DNA from: an uncultured Gammaproteobacteria bacterium
Lineage (GTDB): Bacteria; Patescibacteriota; Microgenomatia; Daviesbacterales; UBA10151
Reading direction: 5' to 3'
DNA: 64,000 nt
NCBI GenBank assembly: GCA_964551605.1
Contig: CAZKCV010000006.1
Span: 70-64,069, forward strand
This document shows, one piece after another, positions 9,182-18,672 of this stretch. Within the stretch, counting starts at the first letter, position 1, and the number at the start of each line of letters is the position of its first letter. The position numbers were made by a program, and so were the translations under genes. The notes beneath the pieces were generated by a model, which was not told the DNA's origin, ran no database searches, and was given only the letters and a program-made list of their open reading frames with translations.

Positions 9182-10123
9182 ATGTCAAAAGAAGCGCTGC
9201 TTTTTCCGGGTCAGGGGATTGCCACTAAGTGGATTTTAGAATATTATAAAAAAATTGCTGTCGAGGCTCCTGAACTGACTCATTCTTATATCTCCCTAGT
9301 TCAGGATGCTTTAAATAAAATTCACGGCTCAAGAGCATATAATATCCAGTCTGCTCTGGTTGGCGAATCTCCGGAGCTTTTTGAAAGAACCGAATTTTAT
9401 CAGCCCGTTGTTAGTGCCTTAAGTTTGGTCGGTAATGCATTTAGTTATGCGGGTTTAAATGCAGAATATATAGCCGGTCATAGCCTGGGAGAATGTACCG
9501 GCGTAATTGCGGCAGCCGGGATGTCAGAAGAAGAAGGTTTAAATTTCATCGGCTGGCGGGGATTATTCATGCAGCAAGCTGCAGATAGAACCCCCAGTGG
9601 TTTAATAAATGTGACAGGTTTAAATCCTGAAAAAATAGCAACATTGTGCCGGGGTATGAATGGCAAACCGCGGGCTGCCGTGGCTTTAAAAAATGCCCCC
9701 CCGGCAGTAGTGTTGGGATGTTCTAAAGAATATATTCCTGACTTGGTTCAGCAAGCTACCGAAGCCGGAGCCATAGCAGTAACCGTTTTAAGTGTAGCTG
9801 CTGCTTTTCATACGCCTTTTATGGAAGAGGCAGCAGAAAATTTAGCAGAAAAGTTACCGGAATATAATTTTCAAAGATTAGAAGTCGCCGTAATAGCCAA
9901 TTTAAACGGTGAGTCCGTGAAGAAAGGAAATATCTATCCCCGGGAAAATCTCGTTAACAGTCTGACCAAACCCGTTGAATGGATGGCCACTATGGAATTT
10001 CTCAAAAACAAAGGGGTTGAAACATACAGAATAGAAGGACCCGGGAGCACCTTAAAACAGCTATGCACTTTCAATGGTATTCCCAAATCTCAAATCCGGG
10101 GAACATTTGGAAAGTTTATTTGA
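9182..10123 (+). CDS. fabD: malonyl-CoA:ACP transacylase-like acyltransferase
   Basis: FPGQG, GHSLGE, AAFHT, PVEW motifs. Confidence 0.8.
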   Translation: MSKEALLFPGQGIATKWILEYYKKIAVEAPELTHSYISLVQDALNKIHGSRAYNIQSALVGESPELFERTEFYQPVVSALSLVGNAFSYAGLNAEYIAGHSLGECTGVIAAAGMSEEEGLNFIGWRGLFMQQAADRTPSGLINVTGLNPEKIATLCRGMNGKPRAAVALKNAPPAVVLGCSKEYIPDLVQQATEAGAIAVTVLSVAAAFHTPFMEEAAENLAEKLPEYNFQRLEVAVIANLNGESVKKGNIYPRENLVNSLTKPVEWMATMEFLKNKGVETYRIEGPGSTLKQLCTFNGIPKSQIRGTFGKFI

Positions 10124-10131
10124 TAGCTAAT

Positions 10132-11148
10132 TTAACGGGCTCTATCAATTCTTCCCCAATTAGAGAGCCATTCCCGGGGTTGGTCTGGTCTTTTAATACA
10201 GAAAATGACCGGATAGGAGTAGCTAAAATCAGTTAATGATTGTCTCTGTAAGTTATCGATCAATCCCTTTTTAGTAATCCATTCTGGTACCGAAAAAATC
10301 CACGTTTCGCCGCTTTCTGTATTTTTCCTGGAAAACCTTAGCCGGCCACTTCCCCACTGCCGTCGGTCGCGGGAATGGGATATTTTTGCAACAAAATGGG
10401 AATCTGGAACCTCAGTCCAACCTGAATTATTTATTTTGGTGGCATTCGCATAAGACCTAAGAAAAGTATTAGTACTATCAGCCGGTTCTTTAAATCTTGT
10501 AGCGCCTACTTTTGCCCCTACCAAGTTTTCCCACTGAAAATAAGTTGTCAGGTAGGTGGGCTCTGTATCAAAACGCCCTTTCCTCGTTTCATACGTACCT
10601 GCTTTGGCATCTTCTAAATCTGCCAATGGAAACTCAGCATATAAAGGGATTTGAGAGTTAGTCTCGTATTCCATTGAAGCCAGCCTCGGTACACGGGATA
10701 CAGGATTGTTAGTTGTTACACTGATTCCAGCCCGCATACTCTGCATATCAGCCAGTTGGTCTTTAACGCAAAGAGGATGTAATAACATGGGGGCAAAATA
10801 ACCTGCCCCGATGCAAATTTGTAACCCGTCAGAGTTATAAGTTACTTCCCCATAAATCAAAGTATTTCCAAGTTGATGTAAGGTTCGCCGGAGTTTTAGC
10901 CCATATGTTTGATTATAGTCCACTTGAACCCTGGTGCCTGAATCCCTATCTTCTGCCTCAAATACAGCTTTTACGTCGCCATAGTCGCTATCTTTTCCGA
11001 GTTTGATTAATTTATAAGGAATTTCCTTTTTTCCGGTTTCAGGATGCTTCCAGGTGAGAGAATTAGTTAATTCAGGTGCGGATTCACCATTAAAAGCAGC
11101 CTGGAATTTTGCAATATTGGCTTCCCGCTCAGCTAATGCTTTAGACAT
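10132..11148 (-). CDS. hypothetical protein
   Basis: 338-aa ORF, no recognised motif. Confidence 0.6.
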   Translation of the reverse strand: MSKALAEREANIAKFQAAFNGESAPELTNSLTWKHPETGKKEIPYKLIKLGKDSDYGDVKAVFEAEDRDSGTRVQVDYNQTYGLKLRRTLHQLGNTLIYGEVTYNSDGLQICIGAGYFAPMLLHPLCVKDQLADMQSMRAGISVTTNNPVSRVPRLASMEYETNSQIPLYAEFPLADLEDAKAGTYETRKGRFDTEPTYLTTYFQWENLVGAKVGATRFKEPADSTNTFLRSYANATKINNSGWTEVPDSHFVAKISHSRDRRQWGSGRLRFSRKNTESGETWIFSVPEWITKKGLIDNLQRQSLTDFSYSYPVIFCIKRPDQPREWLSNWGRIDRAR

Positions 11149-11251
11149 AATTGGCCGATCTTACTATAAGGTCGTATATAATGTCAAGAACTATTGAAAT
11201 TCGGTTTATGTTCGGTATATAGTGAAGTAGTTGGTATTAAAATCCTAAAAT

Positions 11252-11857
11252 ATGCTGCCCAATCGAGTCTATTGTTATGTTGATGAAACCGGCCAGGATA
11301 CTGAGGGAAAGGTGTTTGTTGTATCAGTAGTTATCCCAAAAAATAGAGATGAAGTTTTAGAGTATGTAGAAGATGTTGAAGTAAAATCGGGTAAAGGTAA
11401 GTTTAAATGGGGCAGGGCTAAGCCAGAAAATAGGGAGAAATATTTAAAAACTATTCTCAGCCAAAGAAAGTTTCCTCTCAAAATCTATTACTCTTATTAT
11501 AAGGATACTAAAGAGTATAAAACTCAAACAATATTAACAATAGCTAAAGCTGTTTTTGCCATCAAAGATTATAAAGAACACAGATTTATTTTTTTAGTAG
11601 ATGCATTAGGTAAGAAGGATCAAAAATATTACGGATCAGAGCTTAGGAAATTGGGTGTTCCCTCAAGGGAAGTTAAGGGAGTAACAAGGGACCAAAGCGA
11701 TGCTTTAATAAGGCTCGCAGACAGCATTGTTGGATTTGTTAGAGACATACTTGAAGGCGGTAACACAGAGAAGCAGATCTTGCGATCTAATGACCTTAAA
11801 AGGCTTAAGATTTTATATAAAGAAGCAGTGGAGGAAGAAGTGCTGGTTGAGGTTTAG
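11252..11857 (+). CDS. DUF3800 domain protein (RNase H-like acidic motifs)
   Basis: N-terminal YVDETG and C-terminal LIRLADSIVG. Confidence 0.75.
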   Translation: MLPNRVYCYVDETGQDTEGKVFVVSVVIPKNRDEVLEYVEDVEVKSGKGKFKWGRAKPENREKYLKTILSQRKFPLKIYYSYYKDTKEYKTQTILTIAKAVFAIKDYKEHRFIFLVDALGKKDQKYYGSELRKLGVPSREVKGVTRDQSDALIRLADSIVGFVRDILEGGNTEKQILRSNDLKRLKILYKEAVEEEVLVEV

Positions 11858-11859
11858 CC

Positions 11860-11948
11860 AGAAAAAACCCCCTATTGCTAGGGGGAGCAGCCTAGGTCGA
11901 GGTTTCGACCAGCTCACCTATACGATTAGTCTTCGGCTGAACTTTAAC
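11860..11948 (-). ncRNA. candidate DUF3800-associated small RNA, convergent with the gene
   Basis: minus-strand promoter upstream; hairpin GGTCGA/TCGACC inside GAGC/GCTC; terminal CCCCCTA/TAGGGGG hairpin plus U-tract. Confidence 0.6.
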
Positions 11949-11951
11949 TGA

Positions 11952-11980
11952 ATACTATCACAAAACCCTATCTTTGTCAA
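11952..11980 (-). promoter_or_regulatory. sigma70-type promoter
   Basis: TTGACA-N17-TAGTAT on the minus strand. Confidence 0.65.
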
Positions 11981-12001
11981 AATTCGAGTTGTTAATTAAC
12001 T

Positions 12002-12952
12002 TTACTCCGTAAAATAATCATAAACTGCTTTGGAGATAATGGCTATTTTTTCCTGGGCTCCGGCCGGAGAGTTGCTTTCCGACATGACTACTATTATGTA
12101 GTCTCCTTTTTCAGAAAAAATTATTCCTGAATCATGTTTAAACCAGCCTACCTCTCCGGTTTTATTGGCTATCTTAGCTTCAGCAGGCAGTTTTTTAGGT
12201 AAACCGTCAGTAAGCTTTTGGTTTTTTAAAAGATCAAACATTTCCTGAGTAGACTGTGTATCTCCCAGTTCCCCTTTGTATAGTTTTTCATAAAAACGGG
12301 CAATATCCCGCGGGGTAGAAACCGGAGAGCTGTGGCCTTCAGTGCGTACTAATGAATCATTAAAGCCCTGTTGTTTTAGCCACTCCTTAACCCGCGAAAC
12401 CTTTACTTTTTCAGTCAGCATTAAGGCAGCATAATTGTGGGAGATGGTAATCATCTGATTTAAGGCGCTTTCTATAGTAAAAGACATGGTGCCGTTTTTA
12501 AGTTCTGCCGATTCAGAGGCAATTTCAAATTTTCTGTTTAAGACAGCTATATCCCCGGTGATGGATTCATCAGCTGAAAGCTTGCCCGCCTCTATATCCT
12601 GGTAGACCATGGCCATGATCCAAAGTTTGTAGAGGCTCCCGATTTCAAAGCTTCTGGTTTCATTTACAGAAAAATCTTCCCCGGTTTTTAAATTGATGAT
12701 CACAATGCCGTAAGTTCCTTTTGTCTCCTTTAAAGCTTCATCTATGACAATTTTTAAGGGTTCAACTTTTGTCTGGACTGACAGGATATTTTTATCCCAC
12801 TTAAATTTCATTGGTATGTTTTTAAAGATCTGATAGATTCCCAGAATTAAACCTAAAACTATCAAGCTTAAAAACAAAAACCTGGTTAACTTTTTCCTGC
12901 GGCGGTTTCTTTTAAGCCGGGCAATATAAGAAGGAATCTGGCTGTCACTCAT
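12002..12952 (-). CDS. membrane-anchored serine hydrolase, class A beta-lactamase-like
   Basis: SLYK, SHN, KTG motifs. Confidence 0.85.
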   Translation of the reverse strand: MSDSQIPSYIARLKRNRRRKKLTRFLFLSLIVLGLILGIYQIFKNIPMKFKWDKNILSVQTKVEPLKIVIDEALKETKGTYGIVIINLKTGEDFSVNETRSFEIGSLYKLWIMAMVYQDIEAGKLSADESITGDIAVLNRKFEIASESAELKNGTMSFTIESALNQMITISHNYAALMLTEKVKVSRVKEWLKQQGFNDSLVRTEGHSSPVSTPRDIARFYEKLYKGELGDTQSTQEMFDLLKNQKLTDGLPKKLPAEAKIANKTGEVGWFKHDSGIIFSEKGDYIIVVMSESNSPAGAQEKIAIISKAVYDYFTE

Positions 12953-14495
12953 ATTTTAGTTTTTCTGTTACATCTATGAATTTATAGTAATTTTCTTTAT
13001 CTTCGAAAGCATAATTTTTATCAGGCAGCAGCGGGTATTTGGCATTAAAATAAGTATTAAAGATGATCCGGAAAGTATTTACCGGGGTGATGTTCGGATA
13101 AATTGGGTTTTCTTTCAGATCAGGCAAGAAGTAAGCATTTAATATGGGGAATTTTTCCCTGATGGTGTCATCGCTGGCCCGGCTCCAGGCCAGGTCAAAA
13201 GGCACCGGGTATTTCATCGGCATGGGACCCTCATCAGCCTGGATGATTATGATGGGGATGACCGGTGAGTTTTTTAAGATCAATTCAACGGCTTCCTTAA
13301 CCTTAATATTCGTGCACTGCAACTGGTTTAAGTAGTTTTCAATCCAGCCTCTTTTAGCTTCTGTCCTTTCGTTCATTGGTTCACAATCCCTGCCCAATAC
13401 ATAAGGGTCATGGGGCAGTAAGATATGGGCAAAGACGAACTTAGGTCCCGGTATCCTAGAAATTTCATCAAACACCTCGAATTCATACAAGGCTCTGCTG
13501 CGGTGGTCATTATTCTTGGGGTTTTGGGAAACAGCGGCAGGATCGGGAAATATCTTCTTAAGGAGCGGCGAAGCCAAAGTGGTCTGCAGGAAACCGCTCA
13601 TGAACTCATCCTTAAACAAGTACCTGCCTCCGGACATAATGAAGTTTCGGTCGGCATTTTTATTGGACCTGGTGGGGTCCCAGCCGGAGCCGACATGGAT
13701 ATATGAATAGCCCTTTTGCTTGAGGAATTTAATGACTTTGTTGTTTTGGACTAAAGGAGTGACATATGACTCATCAGAAGAGCCCCTGCCCTTGGTTTTT
13801 TCAGTCAGGTAATTTAGATAATCCATACTTAAAGTCGAACCTAAGGATAAAAAGGTCTTGGGGTAATTTGAAGTTGAGTCCCCGGCAATGTAAAAACCCT
13901 TGGCCTCAAGAAAATTGTAAAACCTGCTGTTGTCAAATCCGTACTGCGTCAGAGTTTTTTCACCGGCATACCGGTCCAGCACAAAATAATAAATATCAGG
14001 GGTCTGTTTCAAAGATTCGGCCGCTTCCAGGGTACTGCCTTCATTCCCCAGGTTTACAAAAACCCGGCCGGATTTTATTTCAAAAAAGGCAATATTAAAA
14101 ACTGCAACTCCAAAAAGGATTAAGGATAAAAAGGTAGCAGCCTTGTTTAAGTTATTAAGGTATTTTTCATACTTAAAGAGAAAATAAATAAAAGTAAAGG
14201 CGGCCAAGGCGATGATTAACGACAAAAACCGGTCCGGTTGATCAAGATCTTTCAGGAATTCCTTGCCCCGGCTGTAGGAAAAAAATATCAGCAGGAAAAA
14301 AGAGCAAAACAGGGCGGCAAATCCCTTTTTCCTGAATATAATAAAGCTGATTAGGTAAATTGTTCCGGATAAACCTAAAGTCAGCAGCAAGGGGATGATC
14401 AGGATTTCTTCCCGGAAGTGGTTAATGTTTTGGGAATACAAAAATAGAGGCGCATAAAGACTGATTAAAAACGGATGCAGGTAAAATTTATTCAT
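12945..14495 (-). CDS. membrane sulfatase/LTA-synthase-like protein
   Basis: multiple TMs; PDIYYFVLDRY, HILLPHDPY, QADEG. Confidence 0.75.
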   Translation of the reverse strand: MNKFYLHPFLISLYAPLFLYSQNINHFREEILIIPLLLTLGLSGTIYLISFIIFRKKGFAALFCSFFLLIFFSYSRGKEFLKDLDQPDRFLSLIIALAAFTFIYFLFKYEKYLNNLNKAATFLSLILFGVAVFNIAFFEIKSGRVFVNLGNEGSTLEAAESLKQTPDIYYFVLDRYAGEKTLTQYGFDNSRFYNFLEAKGFYIAGDSTSNYPKTFLSLGSTLSMDYLNYLTEKTKGRGSSDESYVTPLVQNNKVIKFLKQKGYSYIHVGSGWDPTRSNKNADRNFIMSGGRYLFKDEFMSGFLQTTLASPLLKKIFPDPAAVSQNPKNNDHRSRALYEFEVFDEISRIPGPKFVFAHILLPHDPYVLGRDCEPMNERTEAKRGWIENYLNQLQCTNIKVKEAVELILKNSPVIPIIIIQADEGPMPMKYPVPFDLAWSRASDDTIREKFPILNAYFLPDLKENPIYPNITPVNTFRIIFNTYFNAKYPLLPDKNYAFEDKENYYKFIDVTEKLKYE

Positions 14496-15859
14496 ATCTT
14501 CTCCATCAGGTAAACGATTCTTTTGCTTCGGGATAAAGGTAAAGCCTTCCTGATCCGGAAGAATTCCTTAAATACCTTCTCAAAGCCTTCCCTATTATAA
14601 TCCCTGAAGATATCCTCCCGGTTTAGCAATAATTTTTGCACCTTAGAATCCTCTTTTGGCACGAATTCAATAATCAGGCTATGGGAAATTCGGGCAAACA
14701 AGGAAGCTATAAAGTGTAAGGGGATATTTTTGGAGATGGCCAGGTGGTGTATTAAGGCTAAAGCTAAAATAAGGTCAGCCGGTCCCCGTTTAAGGATTGA
14801 AAGCCTTTCCTCGTTTGCCCAACCGACGGATGAAGTCGGGCTTGTCAGGTCTAAAAACAGGGGCAGAATATTTTTTTCTTTTTTTGAAACCACTTCCAGG
14901 TAATTTTTCTCCAAAGCTCCGTAATCAAAATCAAAGGCAAGTACGAAGGCACCTTCTTCTGCCGCAATCCTGCTGAAGCGGCCGGTATTGGCACCTAAAT
15001 CCCAAACGGTTTTCGGTTTAGCCATTTTAATAAATCTGCTGACAACCCTTGTTTTATGCTGCAATGCCTGATCTTCATAATTATGAAAGCCCGGCTTAGT
15101 ATAATCCGTCCATTCGGTTCCCTTTGGTTTCCAGGATAAACCCTTCAGGGTACTTTCCAAATTATCCAGCAGCCCCAAAAAGGCTTGCCCGGAAAAACTT
15201 TTCAGTTGCTGGCCGGTAATCTTTTTGTCGGAGAATTTTTTTTGGCCTCCGGCATGGGCATGGATGTGAAGCAGTAAAGAAGGTTTTAATTTAGAGCGGA
15301 AAGGCAGCAGTTTTGAAGTTAAGTCCAACGGAACTCCGTCAATGAATAACGCACTCAGCCGATTAAGCCTGGCATCTGTCATGGACATGAGCGTAAGAGG
15401 TGCCAGGAAATGCTCAGTGAACTGTTTGTAAGCTACCCAGGGTTTTCCCTCTTGGTATTTTTCAAAGGATAAAGTATCAATTAAAATAGGTTTCCCTTCT
15501 AAAAATTGGATATTAAAGGCACTGGCATCTTTTAAGCTCATACCGTATTCCATGGCAATTTTTTGGATGGCCAGGGTCAGTAAACCGGCATCTTTTAACA
15601 TGCTGAAGCACCACTCATAAGGATATGAAATAAACGGGATCTTTTTTGGTTCGATGATTTTGTATACGCCGGGTGATCTGCCTGTCGGTTTTTCAATATG
15701 CTTGACCAGGTATCCTAAAGAGGATAGTTTTTCATATAAGCCCGACTTCATTAACAGCTCATAATTTTCTTTATAGCTTTGGTTGATCTGGCGGAATACG
15801 GATTCTCCCCTGGTGAAAACATATCCGCTGGGGTCACGGAAAGAAGCAGCCCTGGTCAA
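14492..15859 (-). CDS. class I SAM-dependent methyltransferase (NoeA-like)
   Basis: SFRDPSG, SYPYEW, WDLGANTG, ALIHHL. Confidence 0.8.
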   Translation of the reverse strand: MTRAASFRDPSGYVFTRGESVFRQINQSYKENYELLMKSGLYEKLSSLGYLVKHIEKPTGRSPGVYKIIEPKKIPFISYPYEWCFSMLKDAGLLTLAIQKIAMEYGMSLKDASAFNIQFLEGKPILIDTLSFEKYQEGKPWVAYKQFTEHFLAPLTLMSMTDARLNRLSALFIDGVPLDLTSKLLPFRSKLKPSLLLHIHAHAGGQKKFSDKKITGQQLKSFSGQAFLGLLDNLESTLKGLSWKPKGTEWTDYTKPGFHNYEDQALQHKTRVVSRFIKMAKPKTVWDLGANTGRFSRIAAEEGAFVLAFDFDYGALEKNYLEVVSKKEKNILPLFLDLTSPTSSVGWANEERLSILKRGPADLILALALIHHLAISKNIPLHFIASLFARISHSLIIEFVPKEDSKVQKLLLNREDIFRDYNREGFEKVFKEFFRIRKALPLSRSKRIVYLMEKI

Positions 15860-16056
15860 GAGTCTTCACCTTTCCTGAAGATTTTCCGGATAAAATCAAT
15901 AACCCTTCTCCACCAGGTTTTAAGAAAAAAAAGACTTGCCAATATCCCGGCTGCTAAAATCTGCAGCAGGTAACTGCCGGTGCCGGGATCTAAATAGGCA
16001 TAAGCTTCCTTCGGAAAAATCAGACTCAGAATCCCTAAAAACAAGATAACTTTCAT
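15856..16056 (-). CDS. small membrane protein with YLDPGTGS motif
   Basis: signal-like segment, AYLDPGTGS, TM helix; overlaps the methyltransferase start. Confidence 0.7.
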   Translation of the reverse strand: MKVILFLGILSLIFPKEAYAYLDPGTGSYLLQILAAGILASLFFLKTWWRRVIDFIRKIFRKGEDS

Positions 16057-16076
16057 GCATCATAAGTTACCACAGA

Positions 16077-16703
16077 CTATCTCTTTTTTCCAGCCCTTTT
16101 AGGCTTTATTTCACTCATGTATGCCGGACCGTATTTCCGGGAAGGCTCATGTCCGGTAATTTCTTCCGAAGTCCTGACAACTCTTAAGTTATCAGCTTCA
16201 AAATCACTCATAATCCTGCTTGCGGTATCTTCTCCTTCTTCTTCCTGTGTAGGGACAGCCACCAGGATGCCTCCTTCATTTATTCTTCTTTCATAAACCC
16301 CGGCTTCCTCATCAGTTAAGCCAAAGGTAGAGCCAATTGCTCCTAAAATACCTCCTGCTAAAGCTCCGGTAGCTGCGCCGGATGCAGTGGTAGCTGCTAC
16401 TCCGGTTAAGCCCAAAGCAGCGGCAATTGGTCCGCCGATAAATAACACTCCCAAACCAGGGATAGCAAAAGCAGCTACCAAGCCGGCAATTCCGCCGATG
16501 ACTGCCCCGGTGGTGGCGCCGCCTAAGGTGGCTCCGATGACTTCTCCGCCGCTATCTTCTAAGCGGCGGGATGCCCCGGCACCCCTCATTATAATGGACA
16601 TTTCTTTGGGATTAAAGCCATGTGATTCCAGCTCGGCAATGGCATCCTCCGCCTTATCCTTCTCGGAGAAAACTCCTAATACAACGCTTGCCATCTTTTT
16701 CAC
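16077..16703 (-). CDS. general stress protein (YflT-like, glycine zipper)
   Basis: GVF...AEDAI..L...GF; GxxxG-rich TM; YERRINEGGILVAV. Confidence 0.75.
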   Translation of the reverse strand: MKKMASVVLGVFSEKDKAEDAIAELESHGFNPKEMSIIMRGAGASRRLEDSGGEVIGATLGGATTGAVIGGIAGLVAAFAIPGLGVLFIGGPIAAALGLTGVAATTASGAATGALAGGILGAIGSTFGLTDEEAGVYERRINEGGILVAVPTQEEEGEDTASRIMSDFEADNLRVVRTSEEITGHEPSRKYGPAYMSEIKPKRAGKKR

Positions 16704-16734
16704 CTCCTCGTAGAAATCATAACGCAGCTGCGCC

Positions 16735-16986
16735 CTAGCTTGTCCTTCCGGACGCTGCGCGCCGTATCTTTTTTACTCTCCGCTGGGCAGCCTGCAGAGT
16801 TTCTGACACTTTTTCTCTGGCCATATCTACCGTGTGAAAGACTGCGTCCCGGGTCTTTTTATTGGATAAAATGGCAGTAGCTGCAGCAGCAACTCCTGCT
16901 CCCACTGCAGCACCGGCTAAACCGGCCATAATCGGATTCATGCCTTTTTTTACATTACCGGAAGTATTCTCTTCCCCGTCGTTCAT
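16735..16986 (-). CDS. YtxH-like small membrane protein
   Basis: GLAGAAVGAGVAAAA then basic helix; similar to 54909-55157. Confidence 0.6.
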   Translation of the reverse strand: MNDGEENTSGNVKKGMNPIMAGLAGAAVGAGVAAAATAILSNKKTRDAVFHTVDMAREKVSETLQAAQRRVKKIRRAASGRTS

Positions 16987-17068
16987 CTTTTCTCACCCCC
17001 TTTCGTAAATATTAACAGCGGTTTATTAAAGATTAATCAAATTAAGGTAAGAAATAGATATGACCCCT

Positions 17069-17320
17069 TCAAGGAAATGTGGGAGCGGTTGATGAAGGGA
17101 TTGGTGCAATATCAGGTGAAAAAGAAGGGAATCCCGGGCCTCCGCCTACCCCGGGCTGGACTCCGCCCGGAGTCTGGTTATTAAGCTGCGCAGCATATAA
17201 GAATAATCCAACGATCGCCAGTACCGATACGGCTGACAAAAGCGAGAACCAAAAGGTCCTACTATCAGCCTGTTCCGTTGATTCACTTTTTCCGTATCTA
17301 TCCGCATACTTATCTTCCAT
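17069..17320 (-). CDS. small single-TM protein
   Basis: TM helix and Pro/Gly-rich tail. Confidence 0.55.
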   Translation of the reverse strand: MEDKYADRYGKSESTEQADSRTFWFSLLSAVSVLAIVGLFLYAAQLNNQTPGGVQPGVGGGPGFPSFSPDIAPIPSSTAPTFP

Positions 17321-17385
17321 ATACCTGCCATTATAGGAACAAAAGTTTATAAACCATTCAAAAATCCGCTAGAAAACTGTAAGAG

Positions 17386-18060
17386 TTAGCTGAAGAATCT
17401 GTAGTGCAGATGTTGCTTCCTGGCCAGGAGCGGAATAGCAGAAAACCAGCCGAATAAAAAGCCTCCGACATGGGACAAAAAAGCTATTCCACCTTCATTC
17501 GGGCTCATCGGGAATGAGGCTAAACCGCTAAAAAACTGGGTGATAAACCAGAAAAAAAGTAAAAAGTAAGCCGGGATATCTACAATGGTGACAAAAAAGA
17601 AGATAAAAATTAAAGTTTTAATCCTGCTTCTGGGGAAAAGGGCAAAATAGGCTCCCAATACTCCGGCTACAGCGCCGGAGGCACCCAGCATGGGGATGGA
17701 AGCTGTGGGTGTGGCCAGGTATTGGGCCAGGCCGGCTACCACTCCGGAGGCCAGATAAAAAACCGGAAACAGGAAAAAGCCTAAACTGACTTCCACATTA
17801 TTGCCGAATACCCACAAAAACAGCATGTTGGAGATGATGTGGATAAAGCCGCCGTGCAAGAATTGACTGCTGATTAAGGGTAAGGCGGTCCGAAAATCTG
17901 CCAGGTCCAGTAGGACCGGAATAAAGGCATACTGGAGAATAAAACCTTCCGGGCTGGCAGCAGTCAGCTCCAGGTAAAAAATGTAAATATTGACTAATAT
18001 GATGGCCACTACCCAAAAAGGAAACCTGGATAATGCATTGGTATCTTTTAAAGGAATCAT
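17386..18060 (-). CDS. rhomboid intramembrane serine protease
   Basis: FLHGG..H..NM, GASG, HVGG. Confidence 0.9.
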   Translation of the reverse strand: MIPLKDTNALSRFPFWVVAIILVNIYIFYLELTAASPEGFILQYAFIPVLLDLADFRTALPLISSQFLHGGFIHIISNMLFLWVFGNNVEVSLGFFLFPVFYLASGVVAGLAQYLATPTASIPMLGASGAVAGVLGAYFALFPRSRIKTLIFIFFFVTIVDIPAYFLLFFWFITQFFSGLASFPMSPNEGGIAFLSHVGGFLFGWFSAIPLLARKQHLHYRFFS

Positions 18061-18182
18061 GTAGCAAAATTATATGAAGACAGGATCAAGGTATGATAAG
18101 AGCCCGGTAAGAGTAGTGTATAGTTTCATCCTTGCCCTATAGTTATTGATTTAGCACTAGCTTAATGGTATAATTATAGGCT

Positions 18183-18671
18183 ATGATAGATACACTTGAA
18201 TGTGCATATTTAGCAGTACCGAAACCTGAGAAGATGGTAAAACTTAAGGTACAAACATTAGAGGCTCTTCTCCAGCCATTTGTAACCTGGAGTAGCGAAG
18301 ATCCCGGTGTGATAGTCAATACCGGTCCTTTTAAGGTCAGGCGAACTTACTTTACAGTATTGGCTTCAAATTTCCACCTGATCCAGATGTTTCGTATGAT
18401 TGGTGGTCTCCAGCTTAATAGGGATGTTGATGCATTTATTGATCAATATTCCCAAAAACAGTTTGGGGGGGTTTTGACAACCCGGACAGATATTCAAAAG
18501 GCAGATGATTTGACGTTCAGAGTACTGAGCCAGGTAGATAAGGACTTATTACTCAGGGCTGCAAAAAGATGCAGAATATCTGATGAAAGAATGTATGAAA
18601 TTTTCTATAGTCAGGCAGAAAGAATTTCTGAGATTGGGATTTCCGGATTTGCCTCTGTAGTTGCTGCCTAA
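18183..18671 (+). CDS. hypothetical protein
   Basis: 162-aa ORF preceded by TATAAT. Confidence 0.5.
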   Translation: MIDTLECAYLAVPKPEKMVKLKVQTLEALLQPFVTWSSEDPGVIVNTGPFKVRRTYFTVLASNFHLIQMFRMIGGLQLNRDVDAFIDQYSQKQFGGVLTTRTDIQKADDLTFRVLSQVDKDLLLRAAKRCRISDERMYEIFYSQAERISEIGISGFASVVAA

Positions 18672-18672
18672 C

